From: Candidatus Coprenecus sp.
GTDB lineage: Bacteria > Bacteroidota > Bacteroidia > Bacteroidales > UBA932
NCBI GenBank assembly: GCA_045603545.1
Contig: JAZUMG010000030.1
Location: forward strand, 866 to 64,865
Length of the DNA stretch: 64,000 bases
Direction: 5' to 3'
The translations under genes and the position numbers were made by a program. The notes beneath the pieces are model-generated. The model was not told where the DNA came from and searched no databases. It worked only from the letters and a program-made list of their open reading frames with translations. Below are positions 55,576 to 64,000 of the stretch, in pieces (within the stretch, counting starts at the first letter, position 1; each line of letters begins with the position of its first letter).

Positions 55576-56910
55576 CTATCTGCCGGTGTAGTTGTGAGGG
55601 GTGATGGCCCTCATCTCCTCTTTTACATCTTCAGATACATTGAGTGTCTCAATGAACTCAGCAATGGTCTCGCGTGAAATGGCTGAACCTGTGCGGGTAA
55701 GCTGTTTGAGTGTCTCATATGGATTTGGATAGCTCTCTCTGCGGAGAATAGTCTGAAGGGCCTCTGCTACCACTGCCCAGTTGTCTTCAAGGTCCTCTTC
55801 GAGTTTGCCCTCATTGAGGATAAGTTTGCCAAGACCTTTGAGGATCGATTTGAAGCCGATGATGGAGTGTGCGATAGGCATACCCACATTGCGGAGCACT
55901 GTGGAGTCTGTCAGGTCCCTTTGGAGACGGGAGATAGGGAGCTTCGATGCAAGGAACTCGCAGATGGCATTGGCGTAGCCGAAGTTACCCTCTGCATTCT
56001 CAAAGTCGATAGGGTTCACTTTGTGTGGCATAGCCGATGATCCCACCTCGCCCGCTTTGATCTTCTGTTTGAAGTACTCCATCGAGATGTACATCCAGAT
56101 GTCACGAGCCAAGTCGATAAGGATATTGTTGATCCTCTTCATGGCATCGAAAAGAGCTGCTATATAGTCGTAGTGCTCGATCTGTGTAGTAGGGTATGAA
56201 CGTTTGAGACCAAGAATCTCCTCTACAAAGTTGTTTGCAAACTCGTTCCAGTCAAACTCCGGATATGCTACATTGTGGGCGTTGAGGTTGCCTGTAGCAC
56301 CACCGAATTTGGCTGCGAATGGGACAGCCTGGAGGGTTTTGAGCTGCTCCTGGAGGCGTACTACATATACCTGAATCTCCTTGCCCAGGCGGGTAGGGGA
56401 TGCAGGCTGTCCGTGGGTGCGGGCAAGCATCGGAACATCGTTCCACTCCTGAGCGAAATCAGAAAGGGTGTTGATGATGTCGTACAGGCTTGGGAGATAT
56501 ACATCCTGGATACCTTCAAGAAGACTTAGAGGGACAGATGTGTTGTTGATGTCCTGTGATGTGAGTCCGAAATGTACGAACTCTTTGTATTTGGGGTCAA
56601 CCCCTATGGCATCGAATTTCTCTTTGATGAAGTATTCAACAGCCTTTACATCGTGGTTTGTAACCTTCTCTATATCTTTTACTCTTGAAGCCTCCTCTTC
56701 GGTCATATTGCTGTAGATCTCCCTCAATGGTTCATAAAGAGATTTTGGAAAATCGGCCATCTGTGGGAGTGGAAGTTCGCAAAGGGCGATGAAATACTCG
56801 ATCTCTACGCGTGTCCTGTATCTGATCAGTGCAAATTCAGAGTAGTAGGATGATAGTTCGCTGACTTGTCTGTAGTATCTTCCGTCAACTGGAGAAATGG
56901 ATGTAAGCAT
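55576..56910 (-). CDS. purB: Adenylosuccinate lyase
   Basis: SPVDGRY, TSQDINN, GQPASPT, and the SSAMPHKVNPIDFEN signature. Confidence 0.97.
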   Translation of the reverse strand: MLTSISPVDGRYYRQVSELSSYYSEFALIRYRTRVEIEYFIALCELPLPQMADFPKSLYEPLREIYSNMTEEEASRVKDIEKVTNHDVKAVEYFIKEKFDAIGVDPKYKEFVHFGLTSQDINNTSVPLSLLEGIQDVYLPSLYDIINTLSDFAQEWNDVPMLARTHGQPASPTRLGKEIQVYVVRLQEQLKTLQAVPFAAKFGGATGNLNAHNVAYPEFDWNEFANNFVEEILGLKRSYPTTQIEHYDYIAALFDAMKRINNILIDLARDIWMYISMEYFKQKIKAGEVGSSAMPHKVNPIDFENAEGNFGYANAICEFLASKLPISRLQRDLTDSTVLRNVGMPIAHSIIGFKSILKGLGKLILNEGKLEEDLEDNWAVVAEALQTILRRESYPNPYETLKQLTRTGSAISRETIAEFIETLNVSEDVKEEMRAITPHNYTGR

Positions 56911-56943
56911 ATATGTAACTGTCTAATTGTTTTCAATATCCCA

Positions 56944-56951
56944 CAAAGATA
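56944..56951 (-). promoter_or_regulatory. -7 promoter box (TATCTTTG on the minus strand) for the purB cluster
   Basis: Plus-strand CAAAGATA 34 nt upstream of ATG 56910. Confidence 0.5.
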
Positions 56952-56973
56952 ACTATTCTTTCGGATAAAGGTT

Positions 56974-56981
56974 TATCTTTG
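56974..56981 (+). promoter_or_regulatory. -7 promoter box TATCTTTG for the C_GCAxxG_C_C gene
   Basis: Exact TAnnTTTG 23 nt upstream of ATG 57004. Confidence 0.5.
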
Positions 56982-57003
56982 TACCACTGATAAGACAATT
57001 TTT

Positions 57004-57477
57004 ATGGGAGACGCAAGGCAAAAACTTATAGACGAAAGGGTTCAGAAGGCCATTGACCTCTTTGAAGGGGGTTACAACTGCTCACAGGCTGTGATTCTGG
57101 CCTATTGCGATATGTTTGATATGGATTTTGAGACCGCTGCCAAGGTCTCTTCGTCATTCGGCGGGGGGATGGGGCGCCTCCGCGAAGTGTGCGGTGCCGT
57201 GACCGGGATGTTTGCCCTTGTGGGGCTCAAATACCCTGCAACGGATCCTTCGGATTCACTGGCCAGAAGTACCAACTATGGAAAGGTTCAGGAGCTTGCA
57301 GCCCAGTTCAAATCGGAGATGGGCTCCTATATCTGTGCGGAGCTGCTCCAGATCCGCCGCGAACCTCAGGAACCGGTCCCGTCTCAGAGGACAAAACTGT
57401 ACTATAACCTCCGTCCCTGCACCCGCTGCGTGGCTACAGCCGCCCGCATTTTCGGTGAGGAGATATTCAATGGGTAG
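57004..57477 (+). CDS. C_GCAxxG_C_C family (putative redox-active) protein
   Basis: GYNCSQAV, GGGMGRLREVCGAVTG and CAELL...CTRCV cysteine pattern. Confidence 0.82.
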   Translation: MGDARQKLIDERVQKAIDLFEGGYNCSQAVILAYCDMFDMDFETAAKVSSSFGGGMGRLREVCGAVTGMFALVGLKYPATDPSDSLARSTNYGKVQELAAQFKSEMGSYICAELLQIRREPQEPVPSQRTKLYYNLRPCTRCVATAARIFGEEIFNG

Positions 57478-57479
57478 GA

Positions 57480-58694
57480 CTATTTGAATGTCAATGTGAA
57501 TACTGTCCCGCTTTCGTCACTTCGTGATAGGGTGAGGGTGCCGTTGTGCATGCGCATAATCTGTCTCGAGAGGCTCAGACCAATCCCGGTTCCATCTTGT
57601 TTGGTAGTGTAGAACGGGATGAAAATCTCCTCCTGACTCTCCTTGCTGATAGGACGGCCGTCATTCCATACATTGATGATTATCTGCTCCGAAAGATTTA
57701 TCTGTGCAGATATCTCTATTTTTCTTGCCTCAGCCTGCACTGCATTTTTAACCAGATTTATAAGGATCTGTGTAATTTGCCCTTCGTCTGCATAGAGTAT
57801 CACATCATCAGATTTCTCGGTGTATGTGCATACTGCTCCACAGATCAGGGCTTGTTCTCTGGTAAGATTTATTACCCTCTCTGCCAGTTCCCTTACGTAT
57901 AGAGGCTTCTTTACCGGTGCTGCCACACGGGTGAGGTTTCTGTAGTTCTCGACAAATCTTATAAGCCCTTTGGATGACTGGGAAATGGTATCCAGCCCAT
58001 CCTTGATTTGACCATCCACCCCTTCAAACATAAGAAGAGTGTCGCTCAGTGATGCGATGGGGGTGACGGTATTCATAATCTCATGGGTGAGTACCCTGAT
58101 GAGTTTGTTCCATGACTCCTGTTCATTCTCTGCAACTTCGCTGCTTATGTCATTGAAAGCTATAATTTTAACACTGCTTTTGCCTATTATGGCTTTTGAT
58201 GCAGTGAGGGAGATTGTCATCTTGCCCCTTTCATTGTAGTAGCTGGCCCGCTTCTCTTGTGTGTTTTCATCTATGAGCTGAAAAGCCTCATATAGCTGTT
58301 CGCTTACAGGTTTGAGCTGCCTGATATGGCCAAATGTCGCAATACCCAACAGGGAGAGTGCTGTGCTGTTGGAATAGGTTATCTGACCATCCTCTTCCAC
58401 AACAGCTACCCCTGTTTTCACGTGGTCAAGCAACATTCCGAAGTATCTCTCCTGTTGGATTATCTCCATCCTCTCCTTGTCAAAAATGTTGCGTATACGG
58501 TTCAATGTCTTATTGAATTCCCTCCCGATAAGGGGTTTCTCATTGAATCGGAAGTTGAGTTCCTTGTCCTCAAAGGCATCGAGCATATAGTCTACCTTCC
58601 TTCTCATCTTTCGGGAGGTGAGTAATGTTGCTACAGCAGCAGTAATCGCAGCTGTGGCCCCAATTGCTGCTATGAGGGTCAATGTTCCGGACAT
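57480..58694 (-). CDS. Sensor histidine kinase (one TM helix, PAS-like, HisKA/HATPase)
   Basis: H-box LTHEIMNTVTPI, N-box LINLVKNAVQA, G-box QDGTGIGLSLSRQIM. The ATG overlaps the regulator's stop (ATGA). Confidence 0.88.
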   Translation of the reverse strand: MSGTLTLIAAIGATAAITAAVATLLTSRKMRRKVDYMLDAFEDKELNFRFNEKPLIGREFNKTLNRIRNIFDKERMEIIQQERYFGMLLDHVKTGVAVVEEDGQITYSNSTALSLLGIATFGHIRQLKPVSEQLYEAFQLIDENTQEKRASYYNERGKMTISLTASKAIIGKSSVKIIAFNDISSEVAENEQESWNKLIRVLTHEIMNTVTPIASLSDTLLMFEGVDGQIKDGLDTISQSSKGLIRFVENYRNLTRVAAPVKKPLYVRELAERVINLTREQALICGAVCTYTEKSDDVILYADEGQITQILINLVKNAVQAEARKIEISAQINLSEQIIINVWNDGRPISKESQEEIFIPFYTTKQDGTGIGLSLSRQIMRMHNGTLTLSRSDESGTVFTLTFK

Positions 58695-60043
58695 CAGATA
58701 TTATATTTCTTCAGTTTTGCATAGAGGGTGGGGCGGCTTATCTCGAGCGATTTGGCTACCATTGAGAGGTTTCCCCCAAATTTTGCCATTGCTGCCCTGA
58801 TTGCCTGCTCTTCAGTCTCTTCCAGTGTGGCACCTGGCGATATGGTGGAGGGTTGCTTCTGCTTTGTTGGTTGTATTTCAATGTCTGTTGCCCCCAAAAG
58901 TTCATTTTCAGAGAGGATAACCGCTTTTTCGATGCAATTCTGCAGCTCCCTTATATTGCCGCTCCAGTTGTGCCCTTTCAAAAGCTGCAGTGCCTGAGGA
59001 GTCAATCCTCTGGTCGTCCGTCTGTATTTCTCTGCAAATTTTCTGATGAACAGCTCTGCGAGCGGTTCTATCTCATCTGTACGCTCACGCAATGGTGGGA
59101 GATGGAAACGGACTGTGTTGATGCGATAGTACAGGTCCTCCCTGAAATCGCCGTCACTGACCATCTTCTCCAGATCTTTGTTGGTCGCGCAGATCAGCCG
59201 TATGTCTACAGGTATGCTTTTGGTATCCCCGACACGGGTGATGCATTTGTTCTGAATCGCCCTGAGGAGTTTGGCCTGGAGATGCAATGGGATATTTCCA
59301 ATCTCATCCAGAAAGAGTGTCCCTCCGTTTGCCTGTTCAAATTTACCTGTGTGGTCTGAGTGGGCATCAGTAAAAGCCCCTTTGACGTGGCCGAAAAGTT
59401 CACTTTCAAAAAGTGTTTCGGTGAGGGCCCCGGCATCGACGCACACCATCGGTTTGAGGGCCCTTTCAGAGATTCTGTGAATCTCGTTGGCCAGGACATC
59501 CTTTCCCGTCCCATTCTCGCCGGTGATGAGGACAGATGCATCTGTGGCGGCAATCTTTGTTACCCTCTCCCTTATTGCAGCGATCTGTCTCCCTTCTCCC
59601 CAATACATGGCGGATGGTGCAGGTGCAATTGCTTTGCTCCCCCTCCCCGATTTTTCCACCCCTGCAAATGCACTCCGCAGGGTCTCTATAAGTTTTTCAT
59701 TGTCCCAGGGTTTCACTATGAAATCAAAGGCTCCCCGCTTCATCCCCTCCACGGCGAGCTGAATATCTGCATAGGCGGTGAATAGGACAACCTGGGTTTC
59801 AGGGCTCCTCCTTTTTATCTCGCTCATCCAGAAGAGACCCTCGTTGCCTGTATTGATGTCGGTGTGGAAGTTCATATCCAGCAGCACTACATCGGGTCTG
59901 AACTCCACCAATTTGCTCATAAGTTCATTGGGAGAAGCTATCAGCTCCACTTGCTGGAAATGGATTGGGAGAAGCACCTTCAGCGCAGCCCTTATGCCGC
60001 TGTTGTCATCTACAACCAGTATTTTTGCCTTGCTTTTTGCCAT
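58694..60043 (-). CDS. Sigma-54-dependent response regulator (receiver, AAA+ and Fis-type HTH)
   Basis: Start set at ATG 60043 (MAKSKAKILVVDDNSGIR). GENGTGKDVLA Walker A, GAFTDA loop (GAFTGA variant), LFLDEIG, RFHLPPLRER, C-terminal SRPTLYAKLKKY. Confidence 0.9.
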   Translation of the reverse strand: MAKSKAKILVVDDNSGIRAALKVLLPIHFQQVELIASPNELMSKLVEFRPDVVLLDMNFHTDINTGNEGLFWMSEIKRRSPETQVVLFTAYADIQLAVEGMKRGAFDFIVKPWDNEKLIETLRSAFAGVEKSGRGSKAIAPAPSAMYWGEGRQIAAIRERVTKIAATDASVLITGENGTGKDVLANEIHRISERALKPMVCVDAGALTETLFESELFGHVKGAFTDAHSDHTGKFEQANGGTLFLDEIGNIPLHLQAKLLRAIQNKCITRVGDTKSIPVDIRLICATNKDLEKMVSDGDFREDLYYRINTVRFHLPPLRERTDEIEPLAELFIRKFAEKYRRTTRGLTPQALQLLKGHNWSGNIRELQNCIEKAVILSENELLGATDIEIQPTKQKQPSTISPGATLEETEEQAIRAAMAKFGGNLSMVAKSLEISRPTLYAKLKKYNI

Positions 60044-60087
60044 AACTATTTCTGGTACACTGATAAAAGTAAAAGCCAAATTCAACG

Positions 60088-60095
60088 CAAAAGTA
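60088..60095 (-). promoter_or_regulatory. -7 promoter box (TACTTTTG on the minus strand) for the two-component operon
   Basis: Plus-strand CAAAAGTA 45 nt upstream of ATG 60043. Confidence 0.35.
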
Positions 60096-60202
60096 TTTAA
60101 AATCTATACACTTTCAGGTAGAATTTGGCAAAACTCATAGTATTATGTATTATGTCTAATGCAAAATTAACAAAATTTATTCCTTTTCCGAACATATACC
60201 TT

Positions 60203-62602
60203 TCATTCACTTCTCAGTGAGTCTACGGGGTTTTCAGTGGCGGCGCGAATAGAGGTGAATGTCACTACTGCTGCTACTATGAGGGCTACCATTGCTCCTG
60301 CTGCAGCAAATACCCACCAGTATATCGGAGAACTATGTGCAAATGTACTGTAGTAGAAGTCAGTTATGAAATATGTAATAGGGACAGAAACTGCAAAACA
60401 TACTCCCATCATCTTCATAAATCTGATGTTGAACATTTTCAGAATCTCTGCGACGGATGCTCCGTGCACCCTCCTTACACCAATCTCTTTACGACGGTAC
60501 TGGGTCTCGAATACTACCATCCCGAATACACCCATAAGGGATATTATTATGGCGATCAAGGTGAAGAGGGCTACCATAGTGGTGAGCTGCTTCTCCTTCC
60601 GGTACTGCCTTCCAAGCTCCTCGTCGAAAAACTGAAGTCTGAACTTGTTCAGGTTAGCCCCGGGATTGAATTTGGAAACTGTCGAGTTTACAGCTGCCTG
60701 AACATCCTGATAAGGGGCTCCAGGTGCTGTTCTGATGTACAAGTGTGTGAGGTCCCACCATGGATTCTTTCCGAAGATGTAGAAAGCAAACGGGTTCAGT
60801 TCATATTGCAGGGGCCTGAATTGGAAATCTTCACAGAAACCGGCAATCTCTGTCTCAGCGCTATGACCATTGACCTTATCTTCCAGAGTAAAGCCATATT
60901 TCTCTTTGGCTATCATGTTGAAAATGAAAACACCATGCTCACTCTTCTCGTCCGAAGGGGTGAAATCACGCCCTTCCACAACATCGATCCCCATAAATTT
61001 CAGGAAGTTCCAGGATACAGGGTAAGCGTCTATATTGATCTGTTCCCCTTTGAAGGTCCTTCCCCAACCCATACGGCTGCTGCTTACGAGAGGCCCTGCA
61101 GCCCAAGCTACATCCGCTATATTGGGATCTTTCAGGAGTTCATCGGTAAATGCATCCCTGTCTGCAGTCGCAACACCTATATTAGCAGTCAGGAGATACT
61201 CCTTGTCAAACCCCATGTCATAATTCATCATATAGTTGTGCTGCATTTTGATGAACATGGCACATATGACAAACGAAATGGATATTATGAACTGAAGTGA
61301 TATGAGGGCGTATCTGAGACTCTTCCCTTTGGCGGTAGCACCGAAGGCCCCTTTGATGGCAAATGCAGGGGAGAATGAGGTTATATAGAGGGCAGGATAG
61401 AGACTTGAGGCTATGGTCATCAAAAGTGCTGCCGCAATGGTTATGCATATCACAGGAATATTGTGGCCAAAATCCAATGTGCAGGTAATCAGATTTGCAT
61501 AGGTGGAACCTTTGAACAAAATCACTACCGCCACAGCTGCGCACAATGACACAGCGACAAGAACACCGGATTCAAGCATCAGGCTCCCTACGAGAGCACC
61601 TCTGCTGCTTCCAAGAATCTTTCTGGTATTGAGTCCCCTGATCCTCATAGGGATCTGTGCGAAGAAGAAGTTTACAAAGTTGATGAGGGTTATCACTACA
61701 ATAAGGATGGCTACCGCCAATAGGGTAAGGGTAGTGGTCCTGTTGCCGCTGCGTCCTGCAGGGGCATCTATCAACTTATTGTAATACATATCTTTCACAG
61801 GGAGAAGGGTAACTGTTGCTCGGTCAATCTGCTTGTCAATCTCACTCTGGTCTATGCTGCTCCTTACAGACTCCGGAGCGGAGGCGATACGCTCACCCCA
61901 AATCCCCTCTACCACTTTTCTTGCATGGGCTTCAAATGCCTCTTTGCTGTCAGGGCTGTCAAGCTTGACGAAATGGTGGTAGCTCCACTCGCTGAAATTG
62001 TCAATGCTCTGGTTTTCCAGATAACAGCAGTAAAGGATGTGGATATTGTTGAGGTCAGAGTTCATAGGCATGTCTTCGTACACCGCCACGACAGTCATAG
62101 GCTCTTTCCCTTTCCCCACATAGATAGCGTCACCGACACCCACCTGCATCAGTTTGGAGGCGGTCTCGCTTATTGCCACAGTCTCCTCTTTATCCATTCC
62201 ATCAAATGTTCCGGCAATAGGGGTGAAGCCAAAAACATCCAAAGCTCCATGGGTGAGCTGTGAGGTGCCGAGCTGATATGTGCGGGCCTCTTCACCATCA
62301 CCTGTACGGGTATAATTCTTGCCGTCACCACCTATATAGGCGACACCCCAGCTCTCTACCATAGATGCCTGCTCCATAATGGCGATCTGGAGAGGGCGGT
62401 TCAGGTTTACCTGATACTCCCCCTCTGAAAACCAGCTTGGGGTCCCCATTATATAGAGGCGTTCTACATCCTTCAATTTCCGGTTGTAGCCAAGATCGTA
62501 ATGGACCTGTACCAGAAGGATATACAGGGCAGCAAATGCCACTGTCATGCCCAACAGGTTAAGAATACCCGATCCTTTAAATATTTTAAAAATGTTTTTC
62601 AT
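60203..62602 (-). CDS. MacB-like ABC transporter permease with two FtsX domains
   Basis: 799 aa. TM1, a large periplasmic domain and an FtsX 4-TM bundle occur twice. Ends ...ATENPVDSLRSE, typical of this family. Confidence 0.85.
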   Translation of the reverse strand: MKNIFKIFKGSGILNLLGMTVAFAALYILLVQVHYDLGYNRKLKDVERLYIMGTPSWFSEGEYQVNLNRPLQIAIMEQASMVESWGVAYIGGDGKNYTRTGDGEEARTYQLGTSQLTHGALDVFGFTPIAGTFDGMDKEETVAISETASKLMQVGVGDAIYVGKGKEPMTVVAVYEDMPMNSDLNNIHILYCCYLENQSIDNFSEWSYHHFVKLDSPDSKEAFEAHARKVVEGIWGERIASAPESVRSSIDQSEIDKQIDRATVTLLPVKDMYYNKLIDAPAGRSGNRTTTLTLLAVAILIVVITLINFVNFFFAQIPMRIRGLNTRKILGSSRGALVGSLMLESGVLVAVSLCAAVAVVILFKGSTYANLITCTLDFGHNIPVICITIAAALLMTIASSLYPALYITSFSPAFAIKGAFGATAKGKSLRYALISLQFIISISFVICAMFIKMQHNYMMNYDMGFDKEYLLTANIGVATADRDAFTDELLKDPNIADVAWAAGPLVSSSRMGWGRTFKGEQINIDAYPVSWNFLKFMGIDVVEGRDFTPSDEKSEHGVFIFNMIAKEKYGFTLEDKVNGHSAETEIAGFCEDFQFRPLQYELNPFAFYIFGKNPWWDLTHLYIRTAPGAPYQDVQAAVNSTVSKFNPGANLNKFRLQFFDEELGRQYRKEKQLTTMVALFTLIAIIISLMGVFGMVVFETQYRRKEIGVRRVHGASVAEILKMFNIRFMKMMGVCFAVSVPITYFITDFYYSTFAHSSPIYWWVFAAAGAMVALIVAAVVTFTSIRAATENPVDSLRSE

Positions 62603-62673
62603 TTTTCTTCTTATTCATTCCCTATTTAATTTCCGCGACAGCTTTTCGTTATTTTTTGTCGAGGGGTAAGCTC

Positions 62674-63354
62674 CTATAGCTCGTTTTTCACATCTCCGAC
62701 GATCTGACCGTCGAACAGATTGATTACCCTTTGGGCTACAGCTGCATCTTTCTGTGAGTGGGTTACCATTACGATGGTGGTCCCCTCTTTGTTCAGTTCG
62801 GAGAGAAGATCCATCACCTCCTTGCCATTTTTTGAGTCAAGGTTACCTGTGGGCTCGTCGGCCAGGATCAGTTTTGGGTTGGAAACCACTGCACGGGCTA
62901 TAGCTACCCTCTGCTGCTGTCCACCTGAAAGCTGCTGGGGAAAGTGCTTTGCACGGTGGGAGATCCCCATCCTTTTCAGAATCTCTGTCACTTTCTGCTT
63001 GCGCTCGCTGGCTGAGATGTTGAGGTATCTTAGTGGGAGTTCCACATTTTCATAGACATTCAATTCGTCGATAAGATTGAAACTCTGAAATACGAAACCG
63101 ATGTTCCCTTTGCGAAATTTGGTCCTCTCCTTCTCCTTGAGGCCACCCACTTCGTTGTCAAGAAGTCTGTAACTTCCCTCTGTGGGGTTGTCAAGCAGTC
63201 CCAGAATATTCAAAAGGGTCGATTTGCCACATCCTGACGGACCCATAATGGCTACAAACTCACCATCATTGATTTCAAACGACACACCATTCAGTGCGGT
63301 AGTCTCAATTTCCTCGGTACGGAATACTTTACTAAGATCTTTAACTGTAATCAT
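62674..63354 (-). CDS. MacB/LolD-type ABC transporter ATP-binding protein
   Basis: [46 protein letters not shown]. Confidence 0.93.
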   Translation of the reverse strand: MITVKDLSKVFRTEEIETTALNGVSFEINDGEFVAIMGPSGCGKSTLLNILGLLDNPTEGSYRLLDNEVGGLKEKERTKFRKGNIGFVFQSFNLIDELNVYENVELPLRYLNISASERKQKVTEILKRMGISHRAKHFPQQLSGGQQQRVAIARAVVSNPKLILADEPTGNLDSKNGKEVMDLLSELNKEGTTIVMVTHSQKDAAVAQRVINLFDGQIVGDVKNEL

Positions 63355-63378
63355 ATTTTTATAATTTTAATTTGTTTA

Positions 63379-64000
63379 TTACTCATTTTTAAGTGAATCC
63401 ACCGGATTCGAATTTGATATTTTCAAGCTGCCTGCTACCACTACAGCCAGTATTATCACCAGGATAATCATATCCCCTATCACATAACTCAAAATACCTA
63501 TGTCGGCCTTCTGCTGGAACATCTGAAGAGCCGCATCACCTACCAGATAGGCCAGTATATCACCTATTACCAGCGCCACCGCCATAAGTTTCAAAATGTC
63601 TATGATAAAAAGTCTGACAATCTCAGCCGGGACAGCTCCATTGATTTTTCTTATTGCGACCTCAGCACTTCTTCTCTGAGTCTCGTCTCTTATATAACCT
63701 ATCAGCCCCATAAGGGAGATAATAAGGGAGAAGAGTCCACCCAAAAGTATTGCATTCTTTATTTTTCTTATGTCAGCGAAGAACATCCTGACACCCTCTT
63801 CATATGCAGACACTTCAAAAGTCCTCTCTGGGATCACCTCATCCACAGCAGCCTGCACCTGTGATATATTCTCAGCTGTAATTTTGTCCACCTTCATCAG
63901 TACAAACCTCAAATAAAAGTCAAGTGCATCATCATAAGAGAGCTCCGCCCCGAAACGGACACTTGGGCGATCATCCACAAACACCGACCCTATCTTGTAA
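63379..64000 (-). CDS. FtsX-family ABC permease, C-terminal part only (5' end lies beyond the window)
   Basis: The reading frame stays open to nt 63999 (..YKIGSVFVDD..). Has FtsX-domain TM helices and the ...SNPVDSLKNE terminus. Confidence 0.8.
   Translation of the reverse strand, partial: YKIGSVFVDDRPSVRFGAELSYDDALDFYLRFVLMKVDKITAENISQVQAAVDEVIPERTFEVSAYEEGVRMFFADIRKIKNAILLGGLFSLIISLMGLIGYIRDETQRRSAEVAIRKINGAVPAEIVRLFIIDILKLMAVALVIGDILAYLVGDAALQMFQQKADIGILSYVIGDMIILVIILAVVVAGSLKISNSNPVDSLKNE

Noticed and set aside
1-64000. Search for CRISPR arrays, tRNA/rRNA genes, transposases, integrases, phage modules, toxin-antitoxin pairs or known defence genes
   Set aside because: No regularly spaced direct repeats and no tRNA-like T-arm or anticodon structures turned up in any gap. 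The largest non-coding gaps are about 120-160 nt. No recombinase-like ORFs were seen. This was by eye only; tRNAscan-SE, Infernal and minced would be the decisive checks.

Overview
This 64-kb window looks like core chromosome from a Bacteroidota (Bacteroidales-like) genome. The lineage call is an inference. It rests on TAnnTTTG -7 promoter boxes upstream of many genes, the absence of Shine-Dalgarno sequences before start codons, and lineage-typical families (Fibrobacter-type paralogous domain lipoprotein, PCMD domain, HECLGH-type DPP III, histone-H1-like small protein). About 62 protein genes are packed tightly. Most are housekeeping: metG, dnaG, recA, rlmN, recX, prfB, class I fumarase, gcvT, leuS, ettA, alr, holA, cca, folE, trkA, rplY, pth, manA and purB. 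I found no rRNA or tRNA genes, no CRISPR array, and no transposase, integrase or phage module. No recognisable defence island or clearly novel multi-gene system is visible, and I would rather say that than invent one. Three corrections to the ORF track matter. (1) prfB needs a programmed +1 frameshift (CTT TGA C at 9806-9812), so the gene starts at 9746, not 9903. (2) A 57-aa histone-H1-like gene at 39259-39432 falls below the track's size cut-off. (3) Several ORFs carry spurious N-terminal extensions (dnaG, M28, PduO, manA, S4 protein, response regulator and others). The items most worth a second look are: an M28-like domain with apparently degenerate metal ligands fused to a TonB C-terminal domain; an M6 metalloprotease and overlapping small lipoprotein placed divergently from a PCMD protein and a POTRA-less Omp85 barrel; an alanine/glycine symporter coupled to trkA with no trkH nearby; a polytopic membrane AraC regulator followed by an orphan AraC HTH fragment; and a sigma-54 two-component pair beside MacB/FtsX-type ABC genes. 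All family assignments come from reading motifs by eye. No database search was run.
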